This document shows, one piece after another, positions 23,684 through 33,749 of a stretch of 64,000 nt of DNA (within the stretch, counting starts at the first letter, position 1; the number at the start of each line of letters is the position of its first letter). Made by a program: the position numbers and the translations under genes. Source of the stretch: Rhodothermales bacterium (GTDB taxonomy: Bacteria > Bacteroidota > Rhodothermia > Rhodothermales > Bin80); contig OZ244148.1 of the NCBI GenBank assembly GCA_965216255.1, positions 838,623-902,622 of the forward strand, given 5' to 3'. Below the pieces are notes generated by a model. The model had not been told where the DNA came from and ran no database searches. It saw nothing but the letters and a program-made list of their open reading frames with translations.

Positions 23684-24049
23684 GTAAGCGTCCGGTGAAG
23701 TACAGGTCAGCGGCAGCTACAGGTGTGCCGATGGGTACAGGACGGCTGGAAGGCGGAGAGCAGGTGGGCTTGCCGGATCCGGCACACTCGGTGCTTGGCA
23801 GCTATGCCGCCTTGTTTTTGTCAGCTTGCCGTGCCTTCTGCCAATGATGAGGCAAGAGGTCAGCTACGCGCCTGGCCGGATGCGTCGGGATGCGCTCGAA
23901 CACGTCCGTGAGCCACTCCTGGGGATTGACACCGTGTAGCTTGCACGTGCCAAGTAGTGCTTGTACGAAAATACTTTAAATCTTCAATAAACAATCGGTT
24001 ATATCTTGCAATTGGCGGTGAATCTGAGGGACGTATAGCCGATTTGGGC

Positions 24050-25453
24050 CGCCAATTAAAGTCCGAAGTGCAACAACTGTAGACAAGGTGGTATGCCCCT
24101 GAGTAGAGACAGAAGATAGCACAGGCAACGCGGAAAACGAGCTTCTTCGGAGGGCGGGCGGAGCCCGACCGGAGAAGAAGCTGCTTGCTGGCCGAAGAAA
24201 TTCGCGCTCCTTGACCTTTGAGGCAGCCAATGCCGACGGGCGAGCATGGCTCTTCCCCTGCGTGTAGGCACGCATGATGTCACCCGAACATGGTACAATG
24301 GTCTATGGGTCTTTCTGGCGACGACCCGACTCAGACCATGGACGCGGAGGCTGCCACGCCCTCTAGTGCAGGAAGGAAAACCTCCGCCGGCGTGCGGTAG
24401 GCCAAGCATCGGCGCGGACGGTTGTTCAATTGCGCTTGCACCCGCCTCACCGCTGCCGGTTCAACCGTGTGAAAGTTGGTTGCCTTCGGGAAGTACTCTC
24501 GCACCAGGCCGTTGGTGTGCTCGTTCAGACCACGCTCCCAGGAGTGGTATGGCCTCGCAAAGTAAAACGATGCGGAAAGCGCGCTGGCGATCTGCCGATG
24601 ATGAGCGAACTCCTTGCCATTGTCCGCCGTGATAGTAAGTACCCGGTCCTTTACCGGACTGAGACAACCTATGATCGCATGGCGGACCCCGATCGCAGCC
24701 TTTGACGCAACGTGCTCAAGAAACGTGAATTTCGAGGCGCGATCGACCATGGATACCAGTGCTCCCTGTTGTTTCGCCCCGATGATCGTATCAACCTCCC
24801 AGTCGCCTATCCGCGTCTTCTGCTCTACAATGGGATCACGTTCGCTGATGTCTACACGGTGCGGTATCAGGCCGCGCCCAGCACCGCTCTTGTTACGCCT
24901 GTTGTACCGCTTACCACGGCGACGCAGCAGCTTGTACAACGATCCGCCAGCCGCTCGGTCCACCCAGCTATGCCTGTAAATCCATGTGGTGCTTACCGAA
25001 ACGACACCATCACGACGAAGTCGACCCGAGACCTGCTCTGGACTCCAGTGCAGGGCGAGCTTCTCACGCACAAGAGACCACATCGCTTCAGTCATCTTCC
25101 GTGGACGCAACGATGCCTTCCTCCGCCGCCCGCTGGCCAAGCGGGTAGCCTGTTGATACCGGTAGCCCCTACCTCCGCTGTTGCGATGCAACTCCCGGCT
25201 GATCGTCGATGGCGAGCGACCCAACTGTCGCGCAATCTCGCGCAGCGAATCAGCTCGCTTCCTCAATGCGTGAATCTGGCACCTTTCCTCATAGGAAAGA
25301 TGATGATAGCCCGTCGCCATTTGATACCCTCCAATGATGTCTTAACGGAGCGTACCGGCATCATCTCGCTCACATGTAATCAGCGTGATGAATACGCGCT
25401 TGCTAGCGCGCTGTCATCCAAATCAAGTGTTGCACTTCGTTGTTAAATGGGCC
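24050..25453 (-). mobile_element. IS30-family element
   Basis: 26-bp imperfect IRs ending CGAAGTGCAACA; 3-bp TSD GGC at 24047-24049 and 25454-25456. Confidence 0.88.
24331..25320 (-). CDS. IS30-family transposase
   Basis: YHHLSYEER HTH, GRSPSTISREL, GDWEVDTIIG, TITADNGKEFA and PYHSWERGLNEHTNGLVREYFPK. Confidence 0.95.
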   Translation of the reverse strand: MATGYHHLSYEERCQIHALRKRADSLREIARQLGRSPSTISRELHRNSGGRGYRYQQATRLASGRRRKASLRPRKMTEAMWSLVREKLALHWSPEQVSGRLRRDGVVSVSTTWIYRHSWVDRAAGGSLYKLLRRRGKRYNRRNKSGAGRGLIPHRVDISERDPIVEQKTRIGDWEVDTIIGAKQQGALVSMVDRASKFTFLEHVASKAAIGVRHAIIGCLSPVKDRVLTITADNGKEFAHHRQIASALSASFYFARPYHSWERGLNEHTNGLVREYFPKATNFHTVEPAAVRRVQAQLNNRPRRCLAYRTPAEVFLPALEGVAASASMV

Positions 25454-25496
25454 GGCGTTTAAGAGCGCAAAACAGCTCACATTCGCCAGGGAAACC

Positions 25497-26930
25497 ATGC
25501 GCAAGATTGTCCCAGAGTGCCGTGCACTCGATAGTACGCCGATGGAGGAGATTGCCATAGACCCGAGAATGCGCGACGACATGAGTGCGGTGCTCAAGGG
25601 TCTGCAGTGCGTCTACTGCACGGCGGAATCTCGTGCGGCCTTGTTCACGATTCTGGAGGCGCACTTTCAGCCGGGTAAACGTAAAGATGTCGGACGCCCG
25701 GGCATGGATCTATGGCGCGTCATCGTGTTTGCGATAGTCAAGCAGTGCCTGGATCTGGACTACGATGCTTTGTTGTACCGGGCCAACAACGATCTCTTGC
25801 TGCGGGAGCTCTTGGGGCACGGAGACGCCGGGTTTGACGAGGTGAAGTACAGCAGACAGCGGCTGGTGGACAACGTGCAGCTTTTGACGCCGAAGCTGGT
25901 CCAGAAGGTGACCCAATTGATAGTGCAGACGGGGCACAAGGTGGCTGGAAAAAAGTCTGGGGCCGCGCTAGCCGGTCGCTGCGATTCCAGGGTGGTTAAG
26001 ACGCATGTGCACTATCCCACCGATGTGGGTCTGTGCTGGGATGCGGTTCGTGGTCTAATACGTGTGAGTGCACGCTCGGCTGCGGCATTCGCTCTTCCGG
26101 GCTGGCGCAAGCATGCGTATCGCACGCGGAAGGTATACCAGGCCTTCAGCCGGGTGCGGACGGCCCCGCGCTACCGGCAGAATCCGAAAGGAGTGCAGGC
26201 GTACTTGCGCCAGTGCACACAGACTGCAGCACGTGCCCGTACGCTGTTAAATGCCTTGGCCACGGCGCAGAAATCGGAGGCGGCGCGAGCGGATATCGCG
26301 TATTACTTGCACTATGTGGACTTGTTGGTGGATCAAATCCGGCGTCGCATCCTCTTGGGCAAGCAGATTCCACATGCGCGGAAAGTGTTTTCCATCCACA
26401 AGCCACATACGCGTTGGATCAGCAAAGGCAAGGCGGGCGTGCTGGTGGAGCTGGGCCTTCCGGTCGCACTGGTAGAAGATGAGCACCGGTTCATTTTGGC
26501 TTATCACATCCTGTGGGACACATCAGATGTAGAGGTGGCGGTACCGATCATTGACGCGGTGCAGGCGGCTTTTCCAGAGTTTAATGCGTGCAGTTTTGAC
26601 CGGGGCTTTCATAGCTTGAAGAATCGAGAAGCATTGGATGCTCGGCTGGCGCTCAATGCGCTTCCGAAGAAGGGCAAGCTTTCTCTGACGGAGCGTGCGC
26701 GGGAGCACGCGCCTGCGTTCAAGGCAGCGCGGCGGCAGCACCCGGCCGTCGAGTCGTGTCTGGCCAATTTCGGACTTCGGGGCGGTGCGCTGGTGCGGGA
26801 GAAGAGTCCGGAGAACTTCGCGCTGATGGTGAGCCTGTCGGTGTTGGCGGTCGACGTGCACCGGCTGGGTTGCCTGGTGCGCGCCCAGGAACGGGCACGA
26901 ATGAGGCGTCGGCGAAAGCGCGCGGCGTAG
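25497..26930 (+). CDS. ISNCY-family transposase
   Basis: GRPGMDLWRVIVF, RCDSRVVKTHVHYPTDVGL, VFSIHKPHTRWISKGKAG..VELG, SFDRGF and HPAVES. Confidence 0.85.
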   Translation: MRKIVPECRALDSTPMEEIAIDPRMRDDMSAVLKGLQCVYCTAESRAALFTILEAHFQPGKRKDVGRPGMDLWRVIVFAIVKQCLDLDYDALLYRANNDLLLRELLGHGDAGFDEVKYSRQRLVDNVQLLTPKLVQKVTQLIVQTGHKVAGKKSGAALAGRCDSRVVKTHVHYPTDVGLCWDAVRGLIRVSARSAAAFALPGWRKHAYRTRKVYQAFSRVRTAPRYRQNPKGVQAYLRQCTQTAARARTLLNALATAQKSEAARADIAYYLHYVDLLVDQIRRRILLGKQIPHARKVFSIHKPHTRWISKGKAGVLVELGLPVALVEDEHRFILAYHILWDTSDVEVAVPIIDAVQAAFPEFNACSFDRGFHSLKNREALDARLALNALPKKGKLSLTERAREHAPAFKAARRQHPAVESCLANFGLRGGALVREKSPENFALMVSLSVLAVDVHRLGCLVRAQERARMRRRRKRAA

Positions 26931-28485
26931 GCCCGCTACCACCTCGTAGAAAGGTCCCAATCGCAGTCCCCAAGGGACACGTATGCCCTCCCGATAGGAA
27001 CACAACGCCCTTCGAGTCGCAAACTGTCCGTGCGCGCACGCAAGAGACGCCAGCATGGCCGAAACACTCGAAGCGGACCGTCAACGAACTCAAAAAACAA
27101 CCGTGCCTGTGCATTCGAGGCCGAAAAAAGAGAGTATTCGGTCAATCACCAAGTAGCGAATAGACCACGGCTGCCCGCTGGGCCGCATCATGTGATCCCG
27201 CGAACAGGTAATTCTTGCGGCCGATAACCAACGGCCGCAGGGCATTTTCAATGAGGTTATTGTCCAGCTCCACGCGGCCCTCATCCAGGTATCGGGTCAG
27301 CCTTTTCCAAAGGCCGAGCGTATAGTTGATCGCCTGGCCCCAAGGACTCTTGGGCAACCCCCCGTTCGCCTCCAGCCAGGGCTTCAGCGCTTCCAGTACA
27401 GGCCGGGCCTCTTCCTGACGTACCTCGCGCCGACGATCCGCACTGGCTCCCTCCTCTCGCAGCCTGCGCTCTATGGCGTAGAGTCGCCTGATCTTTGTCA
27501 ACACGTGCTCGGCCTTCTCCGGTTCGTAGCTACGACAGTCGTAGAACTTGCGACGGGCATGCGCCATGCATCCGTAGACCGTCATAGACGGATGCGCATC
27601 GAAGACGTTGTAGGCCACATACCCGTCCGTCTGCAACGCTCCCGCATACCCACCCAAGAACGCCACCGGACCTGCACGGGCACGGCTCTTGCGATACTCC
27701 ATCACAAACAGCTTCTGCTCCGGAGTGTGGTACGCCCAGTAAAAACCCCGATGGGTCTTGCCCTTCTTCTTTCGATCCTGGACCTGGATACGTGTCTCAT
27801 CCGCCTGCAGATACCCGCTTAAGAGCGCCTCCTGCTTGAGTGCATCATACAGCGGCCCAAGGTGCCACGCTGACTGCGCTATCCAGCCTCCCAGCGTGGA
27901 CTTGGCAATTTCAATGCCTTCCCGCCGGAAACGCTGCTGCTGCCGGTACAGGGGCAAGTGGTCACAGTACTTGTTAACCACCACATCGGCCAACAATCCC
28001 GGTCCGGCCATGCCCTTGTCCACCAGCCGCGGAGGCAACTCGGCGATGATGACGCCGCTGTCCTCATCGGTCGGGTCCACATACTTGGGACGATGAATCT
28101 CGACCACCTTTATCATGCTGGGCACGCTCTCCAGGTACTGCGTCTTCTCCATGCCGATGCAAATGAGACCTGTCGTGTCCTCTTCAGGCTGGATTACGAT
28201 CGTCTCGCGGGGCAGGTGATCCGGCAGATCCTCGAAGTCCGGACGCCGCTTGGCCTTGCGCCGCTTCCGCTTCGGCTGATCCGTCTCGGGCTCGGGCGGC
28301 AGGGGCACCTCGACCTCCATGTCGTCAAACAAGAGGCCCTGCTGCGCCTCCGGCCCCAGTACATACCTTTCGCTCCTGGAGCCAAAGAGCAGGCGGAGGG
28401 CTTCAGCCAACTGTTTGTCCTTGCTCTCCAATTTCGCCTGCAGCCGGCTTATCTCTTCGCTCTGCTGATTGTTCTCCTCGGACAG

Positions 28486-30420
28486 GTAGAGTCGACGGGC
28501 GGCGCGTTACTCCCATTAGGAGCACGTTTCCGCCCGCCGCTCATCAAACCGGACGTGCAGAATTACCGCATCCGGCTTTCAGACAAGATCATGTTTTCGC
28601 CCACGGAAGGCCCTTGGTCGTTGGCTCAAGGCATATCAAGCCATACTTCTTGTATAGCTCTTCGTGTGGGAAGCGCGCCCACCCCCCCGGACTGAACCTT
28701 GTGCTTGCGACAGAGCCACTGGCGAATCCGCTTCTTCATGTGTGCATCTATGCCTGCATAGGCGGGATTGACTTGTCCAAGTCGGAAGTAGTTGGCCCAT
28801 CCGGTCGATAACCAGTTAAGGCGTGTTACCATCTCCTCTATGGACAGCAGTCCGTGCCTTGCCGCCGTTTGCTCACTGATCCTGCGGCATATGCTCTGGA
28901 CACTCTTCTTGCTCGGGCGAGTCCCTATATAGGATCCTCTGCCGCCCGGACGAAAGTTGCGCCCAATCCGGTACCCAAGGAACTCAAACGGTTCTTCGGG
29001 GCACCGGACGCATCGGGTCTTCCTTGCGTTGACCGGGAGTTTCAGCCGTTGCATTATGGTCTCCACCGCTTCCAGCATCGCTGTACCATCGGCCTTTCCG
29101 AGTACCACAAAATCATCGGCGTAGTTCACGATCGACGCTTGGAAGCGCCGGGCATAGCCCAGCAGCTTCCAGGCAAGGAGAAAACGGCGCATGTAGATGT
29201 TGCTCAGCAAGGGAGAGATTGGCGCGCCTTGCGGCGTACCCTTTCCTTCCTTCCGAGCCCGGTTCGTCAGGCGTTTGCCTGCCTTACCGTCATCTTCCAC
29301 TACCGGCATCACCAGCCATGACTTGATGAGTTCGAGCATCCGACCATCGCTGATACGACGCGCCAGAGACTTCATCATCTTGTCATGCGGTATCTCACCA
29401 AAGTAGTTCGACAGGTCTGCATCAACCACTTCCCGACAGCCCGTATTTACGAGCCTGTGGACGCGATTGACCGCTTCCTGTGCGCCACGTCCCTTCCGAT
29501 AGGCATATTGCTCCTCTTGTAAATCCGCTTCAAAGATCGGCCCCAGCACCAGCATTGCCGATGTCTGCGCGACCCTGTCACGAATACAGGGAATGCCTAA
29601 CGGTCGGAACTTGCCTGGCTGCTTCTTCGGGATCAGTACCTGACGTACCGCACGCGGTTTGTACGTACCCTCCCTTAGATCCCGCGCCAGTTCCCCCAAC
29701 CATCGATTTATGCCGTGCGCTTCAATGTCTCGAAACGTCTCTCCATCCACACCGGCACTGCCGCCGTTACGGCGTACTTGTTGCCAGGCTGCGAACAAGA
29801 AATCCTTCCTCCACACTTTGTCACACAATGCATGGAAGCGACGCTTGGGGTCTTCCTTCGCTTTGACATGTAATACGCGCTGGAGGTCCCGAACCGATTC
29901 TGATCCTGTTAGACCTGCGTCAGTAACCATTGCCTTTCCCCCTTTGCGTATTGCTCTTGAATGAGGGTCCCTTTCCTCGACGAGCATTACCCCGCGTCAC
30001 AGGTACTACGGACCCATCCGCCACCCTGACGGCCCAATCTGTCCCTTGCGGGAAATCGGTTGGCTTACGTGTGCCTCCGGCAGGGCTTCCCGTGTTGCTA
30101 CTTTTCCCATCTTGCATGCATGCCAGTGCCACTACCCCGGCGGAAGTAATCTGGTGCTTGTGTCGTTCTCTTCCCAGACTACCGGCGGCCTTCCCCTTAC
30201 CAACGGAGGGTCGGCTTCCGCATTGCATGTTTCGAGGCCTGCTCGGCATTCACTACGCGTTCCGGCCTGCATGCTCGCTGAATCGCCTAAGCGACCCTTT
30301 ACCAAAGTGCTTCAGCTCATGTTGTTACCTCCATAAACCGCTTTGGCCGCTACTAGCTGGAGCGACAGTTACTAGGTGGGATTCGCACCCACTAGGGAAA
30401 AGCGCCTTATCACGGCGCAC
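28486..30420 (-). ncRNA. Group II intron (1935 nt), same sense as tnpC
   Basis: 5' end GTGCG at 30420. Domain V GAAAGCCGGATGCGGTAATTCTGCACGTCCGGTTTGATGAG; 3' end ...CGACTCTAC. Removal restores the tnpC frame ...QQNAS|LSEE.... Confidence 0.95.
28626..29930 (-). CDS. ltrA: Group II intron reverse transcriptase/maturase (no En domain); apparent +1 frameshift near the C-terminus
   Basis: GGSAGVDG, IPKKQPGKFRPLGIPCIRDRVAQ, GTPQGAPISPLLSNIY, YADD and FLGY motifs. Confidence 0.93.
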   Translation of the reverse strand: MVTDAGLTGSESVRDLQRVLHVKAKEDPKRRFHALCDKVWRKDFLFAAWQQVRRNGGSAGVDGETFRDIEAHGINRWLGELARDLREGTYKPRAVRQVLIPKKQPGKFRPLGIPCIRDRVAQTSAMLVLGPIFEADLQEEQYAYRKGRGAQEAVNRVHRLVNTGCREVVDADLSNYFGEIPHDKMMKSLARRISDGRMLELIKSWLVMPVVEDDGKAGKRLTNRARKEGKGTPQGAPISPLLSNIYMRRFLLAWKLLGYARRFQASIVNYADDFVVLGKADGTAMLEAVETIMQRLKLPVNARKTRCVRCPEEPFEFLGYRIGRNFRPGGRGSYIGTRPSKKSVQSICRRISEQTAARHGLLSIEEMVTRLNWLSTGWANYFRLGQVNPAYAGIDAHMKKRIRQWLCRKHKVQSGGVGALPTRRAIQEVWLDMP

Positions 30421-30573
30421 GCTGGCGTTCTGCTGAAGCACCGCGGCAAGCTGCGCACGGAAGGTCTCAACATCCGCAGAAGAGAGGGAGGAATGTGCTT
30501 CGGGCTGCATGACTGTTCAACAACGCCTGCACATGTATTGTTCCCCGTTTCCACATACTATCTATCCCGATTT

Positions 30574-30909
30574 TCAGCTCTTAACCGCATACCGGCGCCG
30601 GTATTTTACGGACTTCAGCGACACTCCCTCCAGTAACATCACCATCTGCGTCCACGTCGGCATATCCTCTTTCGGCAGCTCAAACGTACCCGCTTCAAGC
30701 CTTTTGTAAAACAAGGCGAAGCCGTTTCGGTCCCACGAAAGCGCCTTCAGATGGCTCCGCCTCCTGTTGACGAACACAAAGACGTCCCCCGACATGGGAT
30801 CCCGCTTCATGCCGCTTTTCACCAAGGCGCACAGACCGTCAAAGCTCTTGCGCATGTCGGCCGGCGGCCGGTAAAAGAAATACCGGTGCGAAGGCCCCAG
30901 TCCGATCAT
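30574..30909 (-). CDS. tnpB: IS66 accessory protein TnpB
   Basis: DMRKSFDGL, GDVFVFVNRRR and WDRNGFALFYKRLEAGTF. Confidence 0.93.
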   Translation of the reverse strand: MIGLGPSHRYFFYRPPADMRKSFDGLCALVKSGMKRDPMSGDVFVFVNRRRSHLKALSWDRNGFALFYKRLEAGTFELPKEDMPTWTQMVMLLEGVSLKSVKYRRRYAVKS

Positions 30910-31205
30910 GACTGCACCAGCTGCGCCAGGTACGAGGCAGATACCGGCGCCAAGAGGCGCACGCGTATCCCGCCCGGGTACATGATCTCCACTTGCGCCT
31001 CTTCACCTGCCGTGGGTCTGCCAATCTCCACAAAGGCGCCGCTGTCCACTGCCGCAGCCTCCAGGCGATACTTCCGACGCCAGTAAAACAGCTGCCCATA
31101 CGAGATGCCGCGCTCGGCACAGAACGCTGCAGCGGTCTGGCTGCTTTCTTCATACTGTTCCATGAGCGGAAATATTTCTTCCGCCGTACGTCTGGGCTGT
31201 CTCAT
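30906..31205 (-). CDS. tnpA: IS66 accessory protein TnpA
   Basis: HTH FCAERGISYGQLFYWRRK and VEIMYPGGIRVR; ATGA overlap with tnpB. Confidence 0.88.
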   Translation of the reverse strand: MRQPRRTAEEIFPLMEQYEESSQTAAAFCAERGISYGQLFYWRRKYRLEAAAVDSGAFVEIGRPTAGEEAQVEIMYPGGIRVRLLAPVSASYLAQLVQS

Positions 31206-31612
31206 GCCATCCAGGCTTTGAGTCCTCGGGTCTATGAGTAATCTCCCGAGAAATCGTCACCTTATCCAGATGGGTTTCACCGCACGCTTACGATTTACCG
31301 TCCCGGTAACAAGGTCGCCTTACATGTAAGCACCCAGCCATTTCGCGAAGCGAAACCAGGGCGAATGCCCGTGAGGCGCGGCGAAAGGCCTTTGTCTTGT
31401 TTGCTGGTACCTGGTACTACCTGGTACCCATTCTCCCAAGTGACAGCAAGCGCGGCAAGAGTGCGATCACGCACAAATCCACATACGTCGGGCGGCGAGT
31501 GATACGTAGTCCGAATAAACCGGCGAGAGCACCCTCGCGAAGGCTCATTCAGGGTATCACACAAGTCTACAACCGACGCACCCCGCTGGCAGCGTTTGCA
31601 CTTTCGCTCGGC

Positions 31613-32206
31613 CTATATTGACTCAAGAGGCGTTGGTACTGACGGCGGATTCCATGACGGTGCCCGGCCATTGACAAGAAACCGGCCGATCCACGACACC
31701 CAACCGGCCGCATTGTAAAACTTGATACGTACTTCCTTAGGCGAGAATTGCGCCTCATCTGCGATCTGACTGCTGTGGGCCAATGCGTTCCTCTCCGCGA
31801 CAAGTGCCATAAAATCGAGGGAGGCACTTAACACATCTCCGTTTTCCTCGCTAGCCTCTTGAACTCTATCCCGGAAGTCCGTACCGAACTTCCTCAAGAA
31901 ACTGTTGACCTTGCCAGATTTCCAATCAAACAGCGTGTGGAATCTTCGATCAAGAACTCCCGCTCTTACGAACAATACAAGCGTCTCTTCACTAGAGGCT
32001 CTGTTCGCGAAGTCCAGCAAAGCACACACGGTCCGGCGCTCAAGCCAGTTCCCCGCCGCAAGAACCATCGCCTTCGCGAAAGCTGATCGTGTGCTGACTA
32101 AGATCGTAGCGTCGCACCCAGACATGTACTGTTCCAAGTCGACGAGGTTGTCCCACAAACGTTCGACGTACGATTCCGCTGGCTCGGGAGGCGCCTGCAT
32201 ATGCAC
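31613..32206 (-). CDS. HEPN-domain protein (RiboL-PSP/MAE_28990-like), putative RNase effector
   Basis: Rx4H motif RNALAH in a helical protein with AKAMVLAAGNWLE and RRFHTLFDW; starts immediately after the DUF262 gene stop. Confidence 0.75.
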   Translation of the reverse strand: MHMQAPPEPAESYVERLWDNLVDLEQYMSGCDATILVSTRSAFAKAMVLAAGNWLERRTVCALLDFANRASSEETLVLFVRAGVLDRRFHTLFDWKSGKVNSFLRKFGTDFRDRVQEASEENGDVLSASLDFMALVAERNALAHSSQIADEAQFSPKEVRIKFYNAAGWVSWIGRFLVNGRAPSWNPPSVPTPLESI

Positions 32207-33400
32207 TTATCTCCTGGACAGGACACTCTTCGCACTGCGAAGTCTGGCCTTGACTTTGTCCGGCTTGGTCGTACCTTCCTTCAACGCCTCTCGAAACGCT
32301 GGGTCTTGGTCAATAGCAGAAATGTCCTCAGCACGCAATGGCTTGACAGCCGCGGAGCCGTCAGCGAGTCGCGGCCGCAGTGCTTCCGCGAACACAACCT
32401 CGAAGAGGGGCACATTGAATCGGGAACGACCTTTCACCATGAAGACATCATCTGGCAAATCCGAACAGGCTTCCAAAAAATCAGAAAAGAGGCACTTCAC
32501 CTTATCGATCATATCAGGGCCGAAGTTGCGCTTGCAGTTTCCGGAAAACCGATTGAGAAACTTCACCATTGAGGGCCGATACTCATTGAGCCAGAGCAAA
32601 AGCGCGAATGAGCGGAGAAGAATTTCTACGTCCTTGAAGCGAACGTCAGGTTCTGGCCGGGGTAGCAGGCGGCGCCAACATGACCGCATGTTCAGCTTGA
32701 GCAGTAAGTCCAAGAACTCGGAGTTGTACAGACTCATCCTCAGTTCTTGAGCCGACAGATTTAAGCCCCCCGAGTTCAAACGGTTGAAAATTTCAAACAT
32801 CGAAGAGTGATCGTCTGTTGGCCTAACCTGCTTGATCACGACATTCCGTACGGTCCGAAGGTCCAGGGTTCGTTTCTCCTCCCCTAGTGTCGCGTACTTT
32901 TTCCCGTGGAACGGGCTTTGCGCGTTCGGTTCTCCGCCTAGTCCCTTTAGTGACAGCCGGAAATCAGAGAATAGGTCATCATTCTCGAGTATCGATTCAG
33001 CAAGTGAGCCACTTTCGTCGAACAGAGCCCTGATCTTGGCGCGCGCATTGCGATTTGGGAAACGCCCCTTAACAAAGTAATAGAGCGTCATGAGTCTCTG
33101 CTGACCATCAATCAGTAGTAGGGGATCTTTGTTGTGCTGGTAGAGAAACACTTGGGGAACGGGCAATCCGAGAAGTAGGGACTCAATTAGACGTGAGGAT
33201 CGAGCTAGATCCCAGACGAAGTTTCTCTGGAATCCAGGTATGCGAATAGAACCTGCGTCGATGAACGAGACGATGACAGCGACGTTGAAATCGTTAGGGA
33301 CTGCCGTGATGTCGTATTCGGGAATATAGCTGTCAGGCGCTGGTTCCTCCCCGTGGTCGCGCCATTCCTCTTCCGTGATTTCAGGATTTCTGCCAGCCAT
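32207..33400 (-). CDS. DUF262 (ParB-like/GmrSD N-terminal) domain protein
   Basis: IPGFQRNFVW, LIESLLLGLPVP, IDGQQRL and FNRLNSGG motifs. Confidence 0.9.
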   Translation of the reverse strand: MAGRNPEITEEEWRDHGEEPAPDSYIPEYDITAVPNDFNVAVIVSFIDAGSIRIPGFQRNFVWDLARSSRLIESLLLGLPVPQVFLYQHNKDPLLLIDGQQRLMTLYYFVKGRFPNRNARAKIRALFDESGSLAESILENDDLFSDFRLSLKGLGGEPNAQSPFHGKKYATLGEEKRTLDLRTVRNVVIKQVRPTDDHSSMFEIFNRLNSGGLNLSAQELRMSLYNSEFLDLLLKLNMRSCWRRLLPRPEPDVRFKDVEILLRSFALLLWLNEYRPSMVKFLNRFSGNCKRNFGPDMIDKVKCLFSDFLEACSDLPDDVFMVKGRSRFNVPLFEVVFAEALRPRLADGSAAVKPLRAEDISAIDQDPAFREALKEGTTKPDKVKARLRSAKSVLSRR

Positions 33401-33749
33401 CCCGAGGGTAGGTTTGTGAGAGCCGAAAGATAGTTACAGTATCTACCAGAAGCGAGTGTCGAGTGTTCCTGCAAGGGGGATGGCCGTGACGGTTGTTGCA
33501 GGCATGGATTGTGGGTTCTCGGTGAGCGCAACATACTGCCTCGTTTGGGAAAGGGGTGGATGGGCGTGCGGCGTGGGGCGCCGATCCCATCCACCCCTAC
33601 TCTTACTCCGCCGACAATAAACACCCCGACGACGACAACGACCTGCTTTCCGTCGTGCCCGCTGAATGGGCTGCGGGACGTGATAATAGGTTACGCCTGA
33701 ACGCAAGCCGATCTTGGCGCCACACCACCGTCTGCTAACTGGCCGGCAG

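Larger units (their letters stand above)
23958..27148 (+). mobile_element. ISNCY-family (ISDol1-like) element with nested IS30
   Basis: 8-bp TSD CCAAGTAG at 23950-23957 and 27149-27156. Imperfect terminal IRs TGCTTGTACGAA / TGATTGACCGAA. Length is 1784 bp without the IS30. Confidence 0.85.
23802..30510 (-). pseudogene. tnpC: IS66 TnpC transposase, left copy, in three pieces (30421-30510, 27149-28485, 23802-23957)
   Basis: Near-identical to 38563-40137; split by the intron near the N-terminus and by ISNCY about 50 codons from the C-terminus. Confidence 0.9.
23684..31291 (-). mobile_element. IS66-family element, left copy (interrupted by ISNCY/IS30 and a group II intron)
   Basis: IRR at 23684, IRL at 31291. 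7608 bp minus the 3191+8 bp insertion minus the 1935 bp intron equals 2474 bp, exactly the length of the right copy. Confidence 0.95.

Noticed and set aside
28626-29987. RT as a retron, DGR or defence-associated RT
   Set aside because: It lies within a complete group II intron (GTGCG start, domain V, AC end, exon frame restored), and no template/variable repeat pair was seen.
31326-31345. GTAAGCACCC as a third IS66 end
   Set aside because: It matches only 6 nt of the IR, with no further IS66 sequence and no partner end.
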